The position numbers and the translations under genes were made by a program. From positions 31,434,001 to 31,498,000 of the forward strand of contig OZ024752.1 in the NCBI GenBank assembly GCA_964016885.1: a DNA stretch of 64,000 bases, given 5' to 3'. The notes under the pieces were generated by a model. That model saw only the letters and a list, made by a program, of their open reading frames with translations. It had not been told where the DNA came from and did no database searches. Positions 10,965 through 22,548 of this stretch are shown here, piece by piece (positions within the stretch are counted from its first letter, which is position 1; every line of letters starts with the position of its first letter). Source of the DNA: Eledone cirrhosa (lineage: Eukaryota).

Positions 10965-13061
10965 ATGGCTACCAAAAAGAAATTTCATACGTCACTCCCA
11001 CTCATTCCGTCTTCTTCTTCCTCAATCATCACTACAGCAGAGAGAAGATTGTCTCTCTCCCTCCCTTCTTTAAATGTGTCTCTCTCCCTCCCTTCTCTTT
11101 CGCAAGTGACGAAAGAAAAGAAAAGTCTCGTGCAAAGCGTGCAAGGTTTCTCCACGACGACGACGACAGCGACGAAACAGGTGTGCGGGAAATACGAAAA
11201 CCCAGTTCATTCGTCTGACGTCAGGAATAATAGCAGTAGCAGCCGTAATAACAACAGCAACAGTGACAATGAAAACAACAGTAGCAGCCGCAACAGCATC
11301 ACCAGCAGCATAAACAACAACAGCATTAGCAGCAGCAACACCAACAACAACCACAGCAACAGCGGCGGAGGCAGTAGTCGTAGTACCTGCAGCAACAACA
11401 AAAGTACCAGCAGCTCTGACGACAACAACAACAGCAGAGAAAAACCAATCTCATTTGCAGGTATTGCGAAAAACCTGGAAACAATCCTCATAACAAATGA
11501 GGAATTAGAGGAAGCGAAGAAGATGGTGACAAAGAACGGACACCGAGCAATCTGCAAGGCAGCGAAAAATTTTTTCGAAACCCAAGAGCACTGTACGGTC
11601 ACGTACCGTACAGTAAGTACAAAATCCCGTAGGGTGGAAAGAGCCACAGAGGCCCAAATACAAAAAGCCTTGGGGTCTGTGTGGCAGAGGAAAACGCACA
11701 TCACCCGAGGCAAAAAATACGCCACCGTAGACGTACTTTTTGCCACACCCCAGGAGGCAAAGGCCCAATCAGTAGTGACCCTAAGGAGCGAGGAAATGGT
11801 GTTGGTGCCCTCCTACTGCGGGCAAAAAATTGTGAGGGTCAAACTGACCCACGTCCCCCCCGGAATGACCCCTTCTTGGCTGGCCGCGTCTGTCCTCGTC
11901 GGAATCGAGGACAAAACAACTGTACTGCAAGTACAGAAAAAAGTAAGAGAAGATTGGGTCGGCTCCTCCATTGAGATGCTAATCCAAACCAACCAGGAGT
12001 GCATCGAAGCTATCCCGGATGTGATAGACTTCGATAACGGCACTCAACTGCCCATAAGTGTTGAGGGCAAACGCCCGAAATGCTTTCGCTGTGGATCGAA
12101 GACTCACCTCAGGGCCTTCTGCAACGAGAAGACCATGAGAAAGGAGAAAACCCCCCTCCTCCCGAATCCGGTTCCACGGCTACCAGCAACAGGACAAGCG
12201 GCAACCAGGAACGATAGGTCCGTGGCACCCATACCCACTCCACGGAAATCAAAGACAGCAGCAGCAGTGGAAATATTAACAACAACAACAGCAATACCAA
12301 ATGCAGCTGCAACAGAGACTCCAGTGCAAACATCACCAACAACAACAAGTGAAAGAGTGGAGCTGGTACCCCTCCCCGACCTTACAGAATCAGACATGGA
12401 GTGTGAGGTGGGAGAGGGATGGCAAAAGGTCTCAAGAAGGCACAAACGCAGAAGCAGCGCATCGTCGCCTTTGAAAAGGGAGGAAAGAAATGAGAAAAGG
12501 GTAAAGTCTACTGCAAAGAGACCCACAGCAGCAACACCACCAACACCATCACCACCCACACCAGCACCACCATCACCACCGGCGACAACCCCACCGCCAA
12601 CAACACCTTCAACACCACCACCACAAGCACCAACATCGCAAACACAACAACAAAACACACACACCCAGCAACAACGACAAGAAAATAGCAGAACCACACC
12701 TCACCCCCAGAAAAACAAATGCACGGCAATAAACACACACAACAAGAAACTAATGACTTACATAATTGAACACACAGACATTTCACAACAGGACTACATA
12801 ATACCAGCACCAATCAAAACGCCAACTAACATAAGACTGCTAAAAATAGCACAGAAACAATACACAAACATTAAAACGAAATTCCCCAACGCAGTTGGTG
12901 ATTTCAGGGACCTAGGAGGAACCATTAATCGAAGAGTATATTCAGACATTCTCTTAGAAGAGCCGACGACCAGCCGAAGGGACGATTCAACGGTCCCTTC
13001 ACCAGACGATCAAGTGAAAAGGGATGTAAAAACCATCCCTCCTCTACCAAAAGTACGGTAA
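10965..13061 (+). CDS. Tx1-like ORF1 nucleic-acid-binding protein (698 aa from first ATG)
   Basis: ATG in AAACATGG context; CCHC knuckle CFRCGSKTHLRAFC; N/S-rich and P/T/Q-rich tracts; basic patch RRHKRR. Confidence 0.88.
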   Translation: MATKKKFHTSLPLIPSSSSSIITTAERRLSLSLPSLNVSLSLPSLSQVTKEKKSLVQSVQGFSTTTTTATKQVCGKYENPVHSSDVRNNSSSSRNNNSNSDNENNSSSRNSITSSINNNSISSSNTNNNHSNSGGGSSRSTCSNNKSTSSSDDNNNSREKPISFAGIAKNLETILITNEELEEAKKMVTKNGHRAICKAAKNFFETQEHCTVTYRTVSTKSRRVERATEAQIQKALGSVWQRKTHITRGKKYATVDVLFATPQEAKAQSVVTLRSEEMVLVPSYCGQKIVRVKLTHVPPGMTPSWLAASVLVGIEDKTTVLQVQKKVREDWVGSSIEMLIQTNQECIEAIPDVIDFDNGTQLPISVEGKRPKCFRCGSKTHLRAFCNEKTMRKEKTPLLPNPVPRLPATGQAATRNDRSVAPIPTPRKSKTAAAVEILTTTTAIPNAAATETPVQTSPTTTSERVELVPLPDLTESDMECEVGEGWQKVSRRHKRRSSASSPLKREERNEKRVKSTAKRPTAATPPTPSPPTPAPPSPPATTPPPTTPSTPPPQAPTSQTQQQNTHTQQQRQENSRTTPHPQKNKCTAINTHNKKLMTYIIEHTDISQQDYIIPAPIKTPTNIRLLKIAQKQYTNIKTKFPNAVGDFRDLGGTINRRVYSDILLEEPTTSRRDDSTVPSPDDQVKRDVKTIPPLPKVR

Positions 13062-13096
13062 GTGGTCTTTCCCATCTTTTCCACTCTATTTTAAAC

Positions 13097-16000
13097 ATGA
13101 CCTCACTCAGAATAGGCAGCATAAATGCGCGTGGCTTGGGGTCGTCATGGAAGCAGGGTCACCTGCTCAACGACCTCAGGTCACTAAACATAGATGTAGT
13201 GGCCATCAGCGAGACCAGAATCTCCGAAGCACGGGCCTTCGCACCGATCTTCGGCGGCTACGATGTGTACGCATCTCCCAGCCGTCCTGGATCGGGTGGA
13301 GGAGTTGCTGTGCTTTTTCGGAGAGGTTTGGATCTCGCCATACGGGCCATCTTCCTGGACCCAGAGGGTAAGCTGGTGGTGCTGGACGTGACCAGCGGAG
13401 ACGGGCAAGCTTTCAGGCTAGTGGCCGTCTATGCCCCGACAGGAGCAGGGCGGCCTGATTTCTTCCGGCGTCTGGAGACCTTTCTTGGAACGTCCCGCTC
13501 TTTAGTGTTAGTGGGCGACTGGAACGGGATCTTAGATGCACGCTGGGACTGTGTGGGATTAGCGGATAGGGGTGGAGGGTGCAAGAGCCTCACCAACCTG
13601 CTCAGGCGTTTTGAACTGTCTGACAGGTACCGATTGGATTTCCCGAATGTGCCAATGTGGACTTGGACAAACCGCATAGGGTCATCCAGATCATATCTAG
13701 ATAGAGTATTTTGTAGGGAAATAGATAGGTCTAGCATAGGCTGTCCACAATTCAAGATAGTCAGCTACACGGACCACAAATTCGTGATCTGTGTGCTTGA
13801 CTTAGATAGGCTTCATAGACGAGGACCCGGCTACTGGAAGCTAAACGCGTCCTTACCAGCGCGCAAGGCCTACAGAGACCGGATTAGCGAACTAGTTAAG
13901 CGGGCGTTGACGGGGGCCATCGTCAACAACAAGTGGTGGTTTGCTCTGAAAAGAGCGATTAGAATAGAATCGATTAGATTTAGTAAGGCTTTAGCAATAG
14001 AGAAAAATAGAGCAGAGGGAGAACTAGTTAGAAAATTAGACGAGGCGCTTAGCAAAGGCATTGCGACCGACGTGCTTGCGGCGAAATTGGCCCTTGACCA
14101 ATTCTTCAATGCAAAGCACGAAGGCTGCGTTGTCAGAGCTAGGGTGCGTGCTCTCAGACACGAGGGGACGAAAGCCGTTCAATGGGCCCGAGTGGCGGAG
14201 GCGCGTCGTGGCAACAAAGCCACGATCCGGTCTTTGGTGGACCACGACGGGCGCATGCTACTCGATCCCGGGCAAATGTGTGAAGCTTTTCAGCGACACT
14301 TCGCTCAGCTGTTCGGGGGCAGCGGGGGGCCGGGTAGAGGGATGGACTTTAGTGTCTACCTCGACGGACTGCCGCGGCTCTCGGCCACTGAGGCGAAGTG
14401 TTGCGAAAAGCCGATAACAGCCGCTGAAGTACGGGAGGCAATGACTGGCTGCACAAGGGGTAAATCGCCTGGTTTGGATGGTCTGCCCTATGAACTTTAC
14501 GTACAGATGCCAGACTTGTTCGGAGGCCTCTTGGCGGACGTCTACTGCAACTGGCAACAGAACGGGAGAATTCCCAGTTCTGTGAGCCGAGGAGCGGTGG
14601 CACTGCTGAGAAAGGATCCGAACAAGGGGGATAACATAGACAATTTCCGGCCCATAACTCTGCTAAACACAGAGTTTAAGATTTTGGCCAAGGTGCTAGC
14701 AAAGAGGTTGGCGCTTGTCGTTGGTGGTCTGGTGGGAGAGGCGCAGACATGCGCCATTCCCGACAGATCCATCCACGACAACCTCCACCTCATGCGATAC
14801 ATCGTAGAGAGGGTAGCTAGGGAACCTGGCACGGGTGGGTCCTTGATCAATTTAGATCAGTCGAAAGCTTTCGATAGGGTCGACCATCGTTACCTAGCGG
14901 CAGTCCTGAGGGCGGCTGGCTTTGGGCCCGTCTTCAGAGGCTGGATCGCTGCCATGCACAGCGACATCTGCTCTGTGGTGAGAGTGAACGGTCACCTGTC
15001 GGAACCGTTCAACATCATGCGCTCGGTCCGCCAAGGATGTCCCCTCTCGTCCCTCTTGTACGTATTGACTCTCGAGCCATTACTGCACAAACTGGAGACG
15101 TTGAGGGGAGTCCCGCGCGAACTAGGATGCGGAAGATCCGTGTCAGCATATGCGGACGATGTCACCGTAGTGGTGTCGAACGCCAAACACATCGAGGCGA
15201 TCGGCACTACACTAAGAGAATACGAAGCGGTGACAGGAGCAATGATCAACCAGGAAAAGTCAGTGGGCCTGCAGCTCGGCACCTGGAGAGGCAGGTCCAT
15301 GCCGTCCAACAGCGTCGTCGGGCGCTGGACGGACGGACCGGTTAAATTGCTAGGGGTCTGGTTCGGTCCGGACCTCCAGACGGACAAAAACTGGGACGAG
15401 GTGACGAGCAGGGTGGCTTCTCTCACCCAGAAATGGGCGGAGAGGAAGCTATCCCTGAAAGGTCGAGCGGAGGTGGCTAACGCGTACATCGCGTCTGTCA
15501 TCTGCTACCGCCTAACCGTCGTACCTTGTCCTAAGCCTCGCCTGACTGCGCTGGAGCGTTTGCTCTTTCGCTTTTTGTGGAAGGGACGTGCTCCGATGGT
15601 CAGGCGGTCCATCTGTTGTCAACACCCGCTACGTGGAGGGCTGGGCATGCCGTGGCTGATGATGCGCAGGCACGCGCTCAGGCTACGACATCTCCACCTC
15701 TTCCTCGACGGTGATCAGGTGTGGTCGCCGTTTGCTAGACGCGTTTTTCCCCAGCTCGTTTCCTTGACGGAGCTGCAGTCCTGGGTCAAGCGAAGACCGA
15801 GAGGGAGCGCCTGGAGACTGGAATGTCTTCAGGCGCTCACAGCCCTCGACCAATCGGGCAATGTGATCGGTGGAAACTCCACCTCGGCGTTCTATAGAGG
15901 ATTAGTGGAGGGGAAGAGCGACGACGTACTTGGGGAAACTCTAGGCGTCGACGAAAATCAACTAGCCAATCTCTTCGGAAGAACTTTCGGGCCAGGGCCT

Positions 16001-16516
16001 ATGGACAACTTCCAGAAATCTCTGGCCTGGCAGTGCTACCGAGGAGCCTTGCCAGTTCGGGATAAACTCTACAGGCATGGAGGTGCCGTCAGCCGGGCAT
16101 GTCCGAGATGCGCGCAGGGCGACGAAACCGTCCTGCACGCACTCGTCCAGTGTCCGAAAATTGCTGACTTGTGGGTTTATGTCGAACACCTGCTGTCGCG
16201 TTTAGGACGGATCCGGCTATCATCTGAGTCCATCGTGAGGATTGCCCCGCCCTCCTCCTTTAGCCGGGAAGGGCAGGCAGTTTTTATCTGCCTGGTGGCC
16301 ATGGCGAAAGAGATAGTATGGTGGACACGTTTGAAAGGGCTGAAGACGAGCACTTACCTCTTCGGTGATGCTCTGATTGACTTTTTCAAATTTCATTTGA
16401 AAAGGAAAATCAGAGTAGAGAGGGAAGTGCTCTCTTCCCAGCATTTTGTTGAAAGATGGGTGAGAGAAGCAAGAATGGCCCGAGTGAATGGGCCTACTCT
16501 GAGCATATATCTGTAA
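13097..16516 (+). CDS. LINE ORF2 (APE, RT, zinc knuckle), intact, 1139 aa
   Basis: Same motifs as 829-4248. Confidence 0.96.
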   Translation: MTSLRIGSINARGLGSSWKQGHLLNDLRSLNIDVVAISETRISEARAFAPIFGGYDVYASPSRPGSGGGVAVLFRRGLDLAIRAIFLDPEGKLVVLDVTSGDGQAFRLVAVYAPTGAGRPDFFRRLETFLGTSRSLVLVGDWNGILDARWDCVGLADRGGGCKSLTNLLRRFELSDRYRLDFPNVPMWTWTNRIGSSRSYLDRVFCREIDRSSIGCPQFKIVSYTDHKFVICVLDLDRLHRRGPGYWKLNASLPARKAYRDRISELVKRALTGAIVNNKWWFALKRAIRIESIRFSKALAIEKNRAEGELVRKLDEALSKGIATDVLAAKLALDQFFNAKHEGCVVRARVRALRHEGTKAVQWARVAEARRGNKATIRSLVDHDGRMLLDPGQMCEAFQRHFAQLFGGSGGPGRGMDFSVYLDGLPRLSATEAKCCEKPITAAEVREAMTGCTRGKSPGLDGLPYELYVQMPDLFGGLLADVYCNWQQNGRIPSSVSRGAVALLRKDPNKGDNIDNFRPITLLNTEFKILAKVLAKRLALVVGGLVGEAQTCAIPDRSIHDNLHLMRYIVERVAREPGTGGSLINLDQSKAFDRVDHRYLAAVLRAAGFGPVFRGWIAAMHSDICSVVRVNGHLSEPFNIMRSVRQGCPLSSLLYVLTLEPLLHKLETLRGVPRELGCGRSVSAYADDVTVVVSNAKHIEAIGTTLREYEAVTGAMINQEKSVGLQLGTWRGRSMPSNSVVGRWTDGPVKLLGVWFGPDLQTDKNWDEVTSRVASLTQKWAERKLSLKGRAEVANAYIASVICYRLTVVPCPKPRLTALERLLFRFLWKGRAPMVRRSICCQHPLRGGLGMPWLMMRRHALRLRHLHLFLDGDQVWSPFARRVFPQLVSLTELQSWVKRRPRGSAWRLECLQALTALDQSGNVIGGNSTSAFYRGLVEGKSDDVLGETLGVDENQLANLFGRTFGPGPMDNFQKSLAWQCYRGALPVRDKLYRHGGAVSRACPRCAQGDETVLHALVQCPKIADLWVYVEHLLSRLGRIRLSSESIVRIAPPSSFSREGQAVFICLVAMAKEIVWWTRLKGLKTSTYLFGDALIDFFKFHLKRKIRVEREVLSSQHFVERWVREARMARVNGPTLSIYL

Positions 16517-16996
16517 ATTAAAGGTGGAAAACTGGGAGAGGGCACTTGCCTTGGTGGTCAGGGTCATTGTGGCTTTTTACTGGGCTTTCTCCACAAATGT
16601 CCCTCCGAAGTCTCCCCCCTATTGGGGAATTTTTCATTGTTATTTTTGTTACATCCTCTGTTTTTGTTTTTTACACGCAGAAATGCCCATTTGTACCGTC
16701 CTGCATTGTCCTGCACTGTCCTTAATGTCTACTTTATGTAAACCCTTGTGGTTAATAAAGAAATCATTATTATTATTATTATTGAATGCCATGGTTGACG
16801 GAGGCTCGGCTCTGTAAGGTATAGTAATTTTTAACCGTTAAAACAATTGTAAATTGTTTAAAACTTGAACCAAATTGTTGATAAAGACACCCTCCTCCTC
16901 GTGAGAGGGGTCTTTCTGTCCGTTATTTGGCCCTTCGGGGTTAAATAACCAGTTATTGGGGTTTTGTACCCAAAATTTCATTTTAAACAAAAAAAC

Positions 16997-19093
16997 ATGG
17001 CTACCAAAAAGAAATTTCATACGTCACTCCCACTCATTCCGTCTTCTTCTTCCTCAATCATCACTACAGCAGAGAGAAGATTGTCTCTCTCCCTCCCTTC
17101 TTTAAATGTGTCTCTCTCCCTCCCTTCTCTTTCGCAAGTGACGAAAGAAAAGAAAAGTCTCGTGCAAAGCGTGCAAGGTTTCTCCACGACGACGACGACA
17201 GCGACGAAACAGGTGTGCGGGAAATACGAAAACCCAGTTCATTCGTCTGACGTCAGGAATAATAGCAGTAGCAGCCGTAATAACAACAGCAACAGTGACA
17301 ATGAAAACAACAGTAGCAGCCGCAACAGCATCACCAGCAGCATAAACAACAACAGCATTAGCAGCAGCAACACCAACAACAACCACAGCAACAGCGGCGG
17401 AGGCAGTAGTCGTAGTACCTGCAGCAACAACAAAAGTACCAGCAGCTCTGACGACAACAACAACAGCAGAGAAAAACCAATCTCATTTGCAGGTATTGCG
17501 AAAAACCTGGAAACAATCCTCATAACAAATGAGGAATTAGAGGAAGCGAAGAAGATGGTGACAAAGAACGGACACCGAGCAATCTGCAAGGCAGCGAAAA
17601 ATTTTTTCGAAACCCAAGAGCACTGTACGGTCACGTACCGTACAGTAAGTACAAAATCCCGTAGGGTGGAAAGAGCCACAGAGGCCCAAATACAAAAAGC
17701 CTTGGGGTCTGTGTGGCAGAGGAAAACGCACATCACCCGAGGCAAAAAATACGCCACCGTAGACGTACTTTTTGCCACACCCCAGGAGGCAAAGGCCCAA
17801 TCAGTAGTGACCCTAAGGAGCGAGGAAATGGTGTTGGTGCCCTCCTACTGCGGGCAAAAAATTGTGAGGGTCAAACTGACCCACGTCCCCCCCGGAATGA
17901 CCCCTTCTTGGCTGGCCGCGTCTGTCCTCGTCGGAATCGAGGACAAAACAACTGTACTGCAAGTACAGAAAAAAGTAAGAGAAGATTGGGTCGGCTCCTC
18001 CATTGAGATGCTAATCCAAACCAACCAGGAGTGCATCGAAGCTATCCCGGATGTGATAGACTTCGATAACGGCACTCAACTGCCCATAAGTGTTGAGGGC
18101 AAACGCCCGAAATGCTTTCGCTGTGGATCGAAGACTCACCTCAGGGCCTTCTGCAACGAGAAGACCATGAGAAAGGAGAAAACCCCCCTCCTCCCGAATC
18201 CGGTTCCACGGCTACCAGCAACAGGACAAGCGGCAACCAGGAACGATAGGTCCGTGGCACCCATACCCACTCCACGGAAATCAAAGACAGCAGCAGCAGT
18301 GGAAATATTAACAACAACAACAGCAATACCAAATGCAGCTGCAACAGAGACTCCAGTGCAAACATCACCAACAACAACAAGTGAAAGAGTGGAGCTGGTA
18401 CCCCTCCCCGACCTTACAGAATCAGACATGGAGTGTGAGGTGGGAGAGGGATGGCAAAAGGTCTCAAGAAGGCACAAACGCAGAAGCAGCGCATCGTCGC
18501 CTTTGAAAAGGGAGGAAAGAAATGAGAAAAGGGTAAAGTCTACTGCAAAGAGACCCACAGCAGCAACACCACCAACACCATCACCACCCACACCAGCACC
18601 ACCATCACCACCGGCGACAACCCCACCGCCAACAACACCTTCAACACCACCACCACAAGCACCAACATCGCAAACACAACAACAAAACACACACACCCAG
18701 CAACAACGACAAGAAAATAGCAGAACCACACCTCACCCCCAGAAAAACAAATGCACGGCAATAAACACACACAACAAGAAACTAATGACTTACATAATTG
18801 AACACACAGACATTTCACAACAGGACTACATAATACCAGCACCAATCAAAACGCCAACTAACATAAGACTGCTAAAAATAGCACAGAAACAATACACAAA
18901 CATTAAAACGAAATTCCCCAACGCAGTTGGTGATTTCAGGGACCTAGGAGGAACCATTAATCGAAGAGTATATTCAGACATTCTCTTAGAAGAGCCGACG
19001 ACCAGCCGAAGGGACGATTCAACGGTCCCTTCACCAGACGATCAAGTGAAAAGGGATGTAAAAACCATCCCTCCTCTACCAAAAGTACGGTAA
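16997..19093 (+). CDS. Tx1-like ORF1 (698 aa)
   Basis: Protein appears identical to copy 2 ORF1. Confidence 0.88.
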   Translation: MATKKKFHTSLPLIPSSSSSIITTAERRLSLSLPSLNVSLSLPSLSQVTKEKKSLVQSVQGFSTTTTTATKQVCGKYENPVHSSDVRNNSSSSRNNNSNSDNENNSSSRNSITSSINNNSISSSNTNNNHSNSGGGSSRSTCSNNKSTSSSDDNNNSREKPISFAGIAKNLETILITNEELEEAKKMVTKNGHRAICKAAKNFFETQEHCTVTYRTVSTKSRRVERATEAQIQKALGSVWQRKTHITRGKKYATVDVLFATPQEAKAQSVVTLRSEEMVLVPSYCGQKIVRVKLTHVPPGMTPSWLAASVLVGIEDKTTVLQVQKKVREDWVGSSIEMLIQTNQECIEAIPDVIDFDNGTQLPISVEGKRPKCFRCGSKTHLRAFCNEKTMRKEKTPLLPNPVPRLPATGQAATRNDRSVAPIPTPRKSKTAAAVEILTTTTAIPNAAATETPVQTSPTTTSERVELVPLPDLTESDMECEVGEGWQKVSRRHKRRSSASSPLKREERNEKRVKSTAKRPTAATPPTPSPPTPAPPSPPATTPPPTTPSTPPPQAPTSQTQQQNTHTQQQRQENSRTTPHPQKNKCTAINTHNKKLMTYIIEHTDISQQDYIIPAPIKTPTNIRLLKIAQKQYTNIKTKFPNAVGDFRDLGGTINRRVYSDILLEEPTTSRRDDSTVPSPDDQVKRDVKTIPPLPKVR

Positions 19094-19128
19094 GTGGTCT
19101 TTCCCATCTTTTCCACTCTATTTTAAAC

Positions 19129-22100
19129 ATGACCTCACTCAGAATAGGCAGCATAAATGCGCGTGGCTTGGGGTCGTCATGGAAGCAGGGTCACCTGCTC
19201 AACGACCTCAGGTCACTAAACATAGATGTAGTGGCCATCAGCGAGACCAGAATCTCCGAAGCACGGGCCTTCGCACCGATCTTCGGCGGCTACGATGTGT
19301 ACGCATCTCCCAGCCGTCCTGGATCGGGTGGAGGAGTTGCTGTGCTTTTTCGGAGAGGTTTGGATCTCGCCATACGGGCCATCTTCCTGGACCCAGAGGG
19401 TAAGCTGGTGGTGCTGGACGTGACCAGCGGAGACGGGCAAGCTTTCAGGCTAGTGGCCGTCTATGCCCCGACAGGAGCAGGGCGGCCTGATTTCTTCCGG
19501 CGTCTGGAGACCTTTCTTGGAACGTCCCGCTCTTTAGTGTTAGTGGGCGACTGGAACGGGATCTTAGATGCACGCTGGGACTGTGTGGGATTAGCGGATA
19601 GGGGTGGAGGGTGCAAGAGCCTCACCAACCTGCTCAGGCGTTTTGAACTGTCTGACAGGTACCGATTGGATTTCCCGAATGTGCCAATGTGGACTTGGAC
19701 AAACCGCATAGGGTCATCCAGATCATATCTAGATAGAGTATTTTGTAGGGAAATAGATAGGTCTAGCATAGGCTGTCCACAATTCAAGATAGTCAGCTAC
19801 ACGGACCACAAATTCGTGACCTGTGTGCTTGACTTAGATAGGCTTCATAGACGAGGACCCGGCTACTGGAAGCTAAACGCGTCCTTACCAGCGCGCAAGG
19901 CCTACAGAGACCGGATTAGCGAACTAGTTAAGCGGGCGTTGACGGGGGCCATCGTCAACAACAAGTGGTGGTTTGCTCTGAAAAGAGCGATTAGAATAGA
20001 ATCGATTAGGTTTAGTAAGGCTTTAGCAATAGAGAAAAATAGAGCAGAGGGAGAACTAGTTAGAAAATTAGACGAGGCGCTTAGCAAAGGCATTGCGACC
20101 GACGTGCTTGCGGCGAAATTGGCCCTTGACCAATTCTTCAATGCAAAGCACGAAGGCTGCGTTGTCAGAGCTAGGGTGCGTGCTCTCAGACACGAGGGGA
20201 CGAAAGCCGTTCAATGGGCCCGAGTGGCGGAGGCGCGTCGTGGCAACAAAGCCACGATCCGGTCTTTGGTGGACCACGACGGGCGCATGCTACTCGATCC
20301 CGGGAAAATGTGTGAAGCTTTTCAGCGACACTTCGCTCAGCTGTTCGGGGGCAGCGGGGGGCCGGGTAGAGGGATGGACTTTAGTGTCTACCTCGACGGA
20401 CTGCCGCGGCTCTCGGCCACTGAGGCGAGGTGTTGCGAAAAGCCGATAACAGCCGCTGAAGTACGGGAGGCAATGACTGGCTGCACAAGGGGTAAATCGC
20501 CTGGTTTAGATGGTCTGCCCTATGAACTTTACGTACAGATGCCAGACTTGTTCGGAGGCCTCTTGGCGGACGTCTACTGCAACTGGCAACAGAACGGGAG
20601 AATTCCCAGTTCTGTGAGCCGAGGAGCGGTGGCACTGCTGAGAAAGGATCCGAACAAGGGGGATAACATAGACAATTTCCGGCCCATAACTCTGCTAAAC
20701 ACAGAGTTTAAGATTTTGGCCAAGGTGCTAGCAAAGAGGTTGGCGCTTGTCGTTGGTGGTCTGGTGGGAGAGGCGCAGACATGCGCCATTCCCGACAGAT
20801 CCATCCACGACAACCTCCACCTCATGCGATACATCGTAGAGAGGGTAGCTAGGGAACCTGGCACGGGTGGGTCCTTGATCAATTTAGATCAGTCGAAAGC
20901 TTTCGATAGGGTCGACCATCGTTACCTAGCGGCAGTCCTGAGGGCGGCTGGCTTTGGGCCCGTCTTCAGAGGCTGGATCGCTGCCATGCACAGCGACATC
21001 TGCTCTGTGGTGAGAGTGAACGGTCACCTGTCGGAACCGTTCAACATCATGCGCTCGGTCCGCCAAGGATGTCCCCTCTCGTCCCTCTTGTACGTATTGA
21101 CTCTCGAGCCATTACTGCACAAACTGGAGACGTTGAGGGGAGTCCCGCGCGAACTAGGATGCGGAAGATCCGTGTCAGCATATGCGGACGATGTCACCGT
21201 AGTGGTGTCGAACGCCAAACACATCGAGGCGATCGGCACTACACTAAGAGAATACGAAGCGGTGACAGGAGCAATGATCAACCAGGAAAAGTCAGTGGGC
21301 CTGCAGCTCGGCACCTGGAGAGGCAGGTCCATGCCGTCCAACAGCGTCGTCGGGCGCTGGACGGACGGACCGGTTAAATTGCTAGGGGTCTGGTTCGGTC
21401 CGGACCTCCAGACGGACAAAAACTGGGACGAGGTGACGAGCAGGGTGGCTTCTCTCACCCAGAAATGGGCGGAGAGGAAGCTATCCCTGAAAGGTCGAGC
21501 GGAGGTGGCTAACGCGTACATCGCGTCTGTCATCTGCTACCGCCTAACCGTCGTACCTTGTCCTAAGCCTCGCCTGACTGCGCTGGAGCGTTTGCTCTTT
21601 CGCTTTTTGTGGAAGGGACGTTCTCCGATGGTCAGGCGGTCCATCTGTTGTCAACACCCGCTACGTGGAGGGCTGGGCATGCCGTGGCTGATGATGCGCA
21701 GGCACGCGCTCAGGCTACGACATCTCCACCTCTTCCTCGACGGTGATCAGGTGTGGTCGCCGTTTGCTAGACGCGTGTTTCCCCAGCTCGTTTCATTGAC
21801 GGAGCTGCAGTCCTGGGTCAAGCGAAGACCGAGAGGGAGCGCCTGGAGACTGGAATGTCTTCAGGCGCTCACAGCCCTCGACCAATCGGGCAATGTGATC
21901 GGTGGAAACTCCACCTCGGCGTTCTATAGAGGATTAGTGGAGGGGAAGAGCGACGACGTACTTGGGGAAACTCTAGGCGTCGACGAAAATCAACTAGCCA
22001 ATCTCTTCGGAAGAACTTTCGGGCCAGGGCCTATGGACAACTTCCAGAAATCTCTGGCCTGGCAGTGCTACCGAGGAGCCTTGCCAGTTCGGGATAAACT

Positions 22101-22548
22101 CTACAGGCATGGAGGTGCCGTCAGCCGGGCATGTCCGAGATGCGCGCAGGGCGACGAAACCGTCCTGCACGCACTCGTCCAGTGTCCGAAAATAGCTGAC
22201 TTGTGGGTTTATGTCGAACACCTGCTGTCGCGTTTAGGACGGATCCGGCTATCATCTGAGTCCATCGTGAGGATTGCCCCGCCCTCCTCCTTTAGCCGGG
22301 AAGGGCAGGCAGTTTTTATCTGCCTGGTGGCCATGGCGAAAGAGATAGTATGGTGGACACGTTTGAAAGGGCTGAAGACGAGCACTTACCTCTTCGGTGA
22401 TGCTCTGATTGACTTTTTCAAATTTCATTTGAAAAGGAAAATCAGAGTAGAGAGGGAAGTGCTCTCTTCCCAGCATTTTGTTGAAAGATGGGTGAGAGAA
22501 GCAAGAATGGCCCGAGTGAATGGGCCTACTCTGAGCATATATCTGTAA
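19129..22548 (+). CDS. LINE ORF2 (APE, RT, zinc knuckle), intact, 1139 aa
   Basis: Same motifs as the other copies; four amino acid differences from copy 2 seen. Confidence 0.96.
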   Translation: MTSLRIGSINARGLGSSWKQGHLLNDLRSLNIDVVAISETRISEARAFAPIFGGYDVYASPSRPGSGGGVAVLFRRGLDLAIRAIFLDPEGKLVVLDVTSGDGQAFRLVAVYAPTGAGRPDFFRRLETFLGTSRSLVLVGDWNGILDARWDCVGLADRGGGCKSLTNLLRRFELSDRYRLDFPNVPMWTWTNRIGSSRSYLDRVFCREIDRSSIGCPQFKIVSYTDHKFVTCVLDLDRLHRRGPGYWKLNASLPARKAYRDRISELVKRALTGAIVNNKWWFALKRAIRIESIRFSKALAIEKNRAEGELVRKLDEALSKGIATDVLAAKLALDQFFNAKHEGCVVRARVRALRHEGTKAVQWARVAEARRGNKATIRSLVDHDGRMLLDPGKMCEAFQRHFAQLFGGSGGPGRGMDFSVYLDGLPRLSATEARCCEKPITAAEVREAMTGCTRGKSPGLDGLPYELYVQMPDLFGGLLADVYCNWQQNGRIPSSVSRGAVALLRKDPNKGDNIDNFRPITLLNTEFKILAKVLAKRLALVVGGLVGEAQTCAIPDRSIHDNLHLMRYIVERVAREPGTGGSLINLDQSKAFDRVDHRYLAAVLRAAGFGPVFRGWIAAMHSDICSVVRVNGHLSEPFNIMRSVRQGCPLSSLLYVLTLEPLLHKLETLRGVPRELGCGRSVSAYADDVTVVVSNAKHIEAIGTTLREYEAVTGAMINQEKSVGLQLGTWRGRSMPSNSVVGRWTDGPVKLLGVWFGPDLQTDKNWDEVTSRVASLTQKWAERKLSLKGRAEVANAYIASVICYRLTVVPCPKPRLTALERLLFRFLWKGRSPMVRRSICCQHPLRGGLGMPWLMMRRHALRLRHLHLFLDGDQVWSPFARRVFPQLVSLTELQSWVKRRPRGSAWRLECLQALTALDQSGNVIGGNSTSAFYRGLVEGKSDDVLGETLGVDENQLANLFGRTFGPGPMDNFQKSLAWQCYRGALPVRDKLYRHGGAVSRACPRCAQGDETVLHALVQCPKIADLWVYVEHLLSRLGRIRLSSESIVRIAPPSSFSREGQAVFICLVAMAKEIVWWTRLKGLKTSTYLFGDALIDFFKFHLKRKIRVEREVLSSQHFVERWVREARMARVNGPTLSIYL

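Larger units (their letters stand above)
10752..16765 (+). mobile_element. Full-length L1/Tx1-clade LINE, copy 2 (6014 bp)
   Basis: Starts GAATGCCATGG after (ATT)n; two intact ORFs; ends AATAAAGAAATC before (ATT)6. Confidence 0.95.
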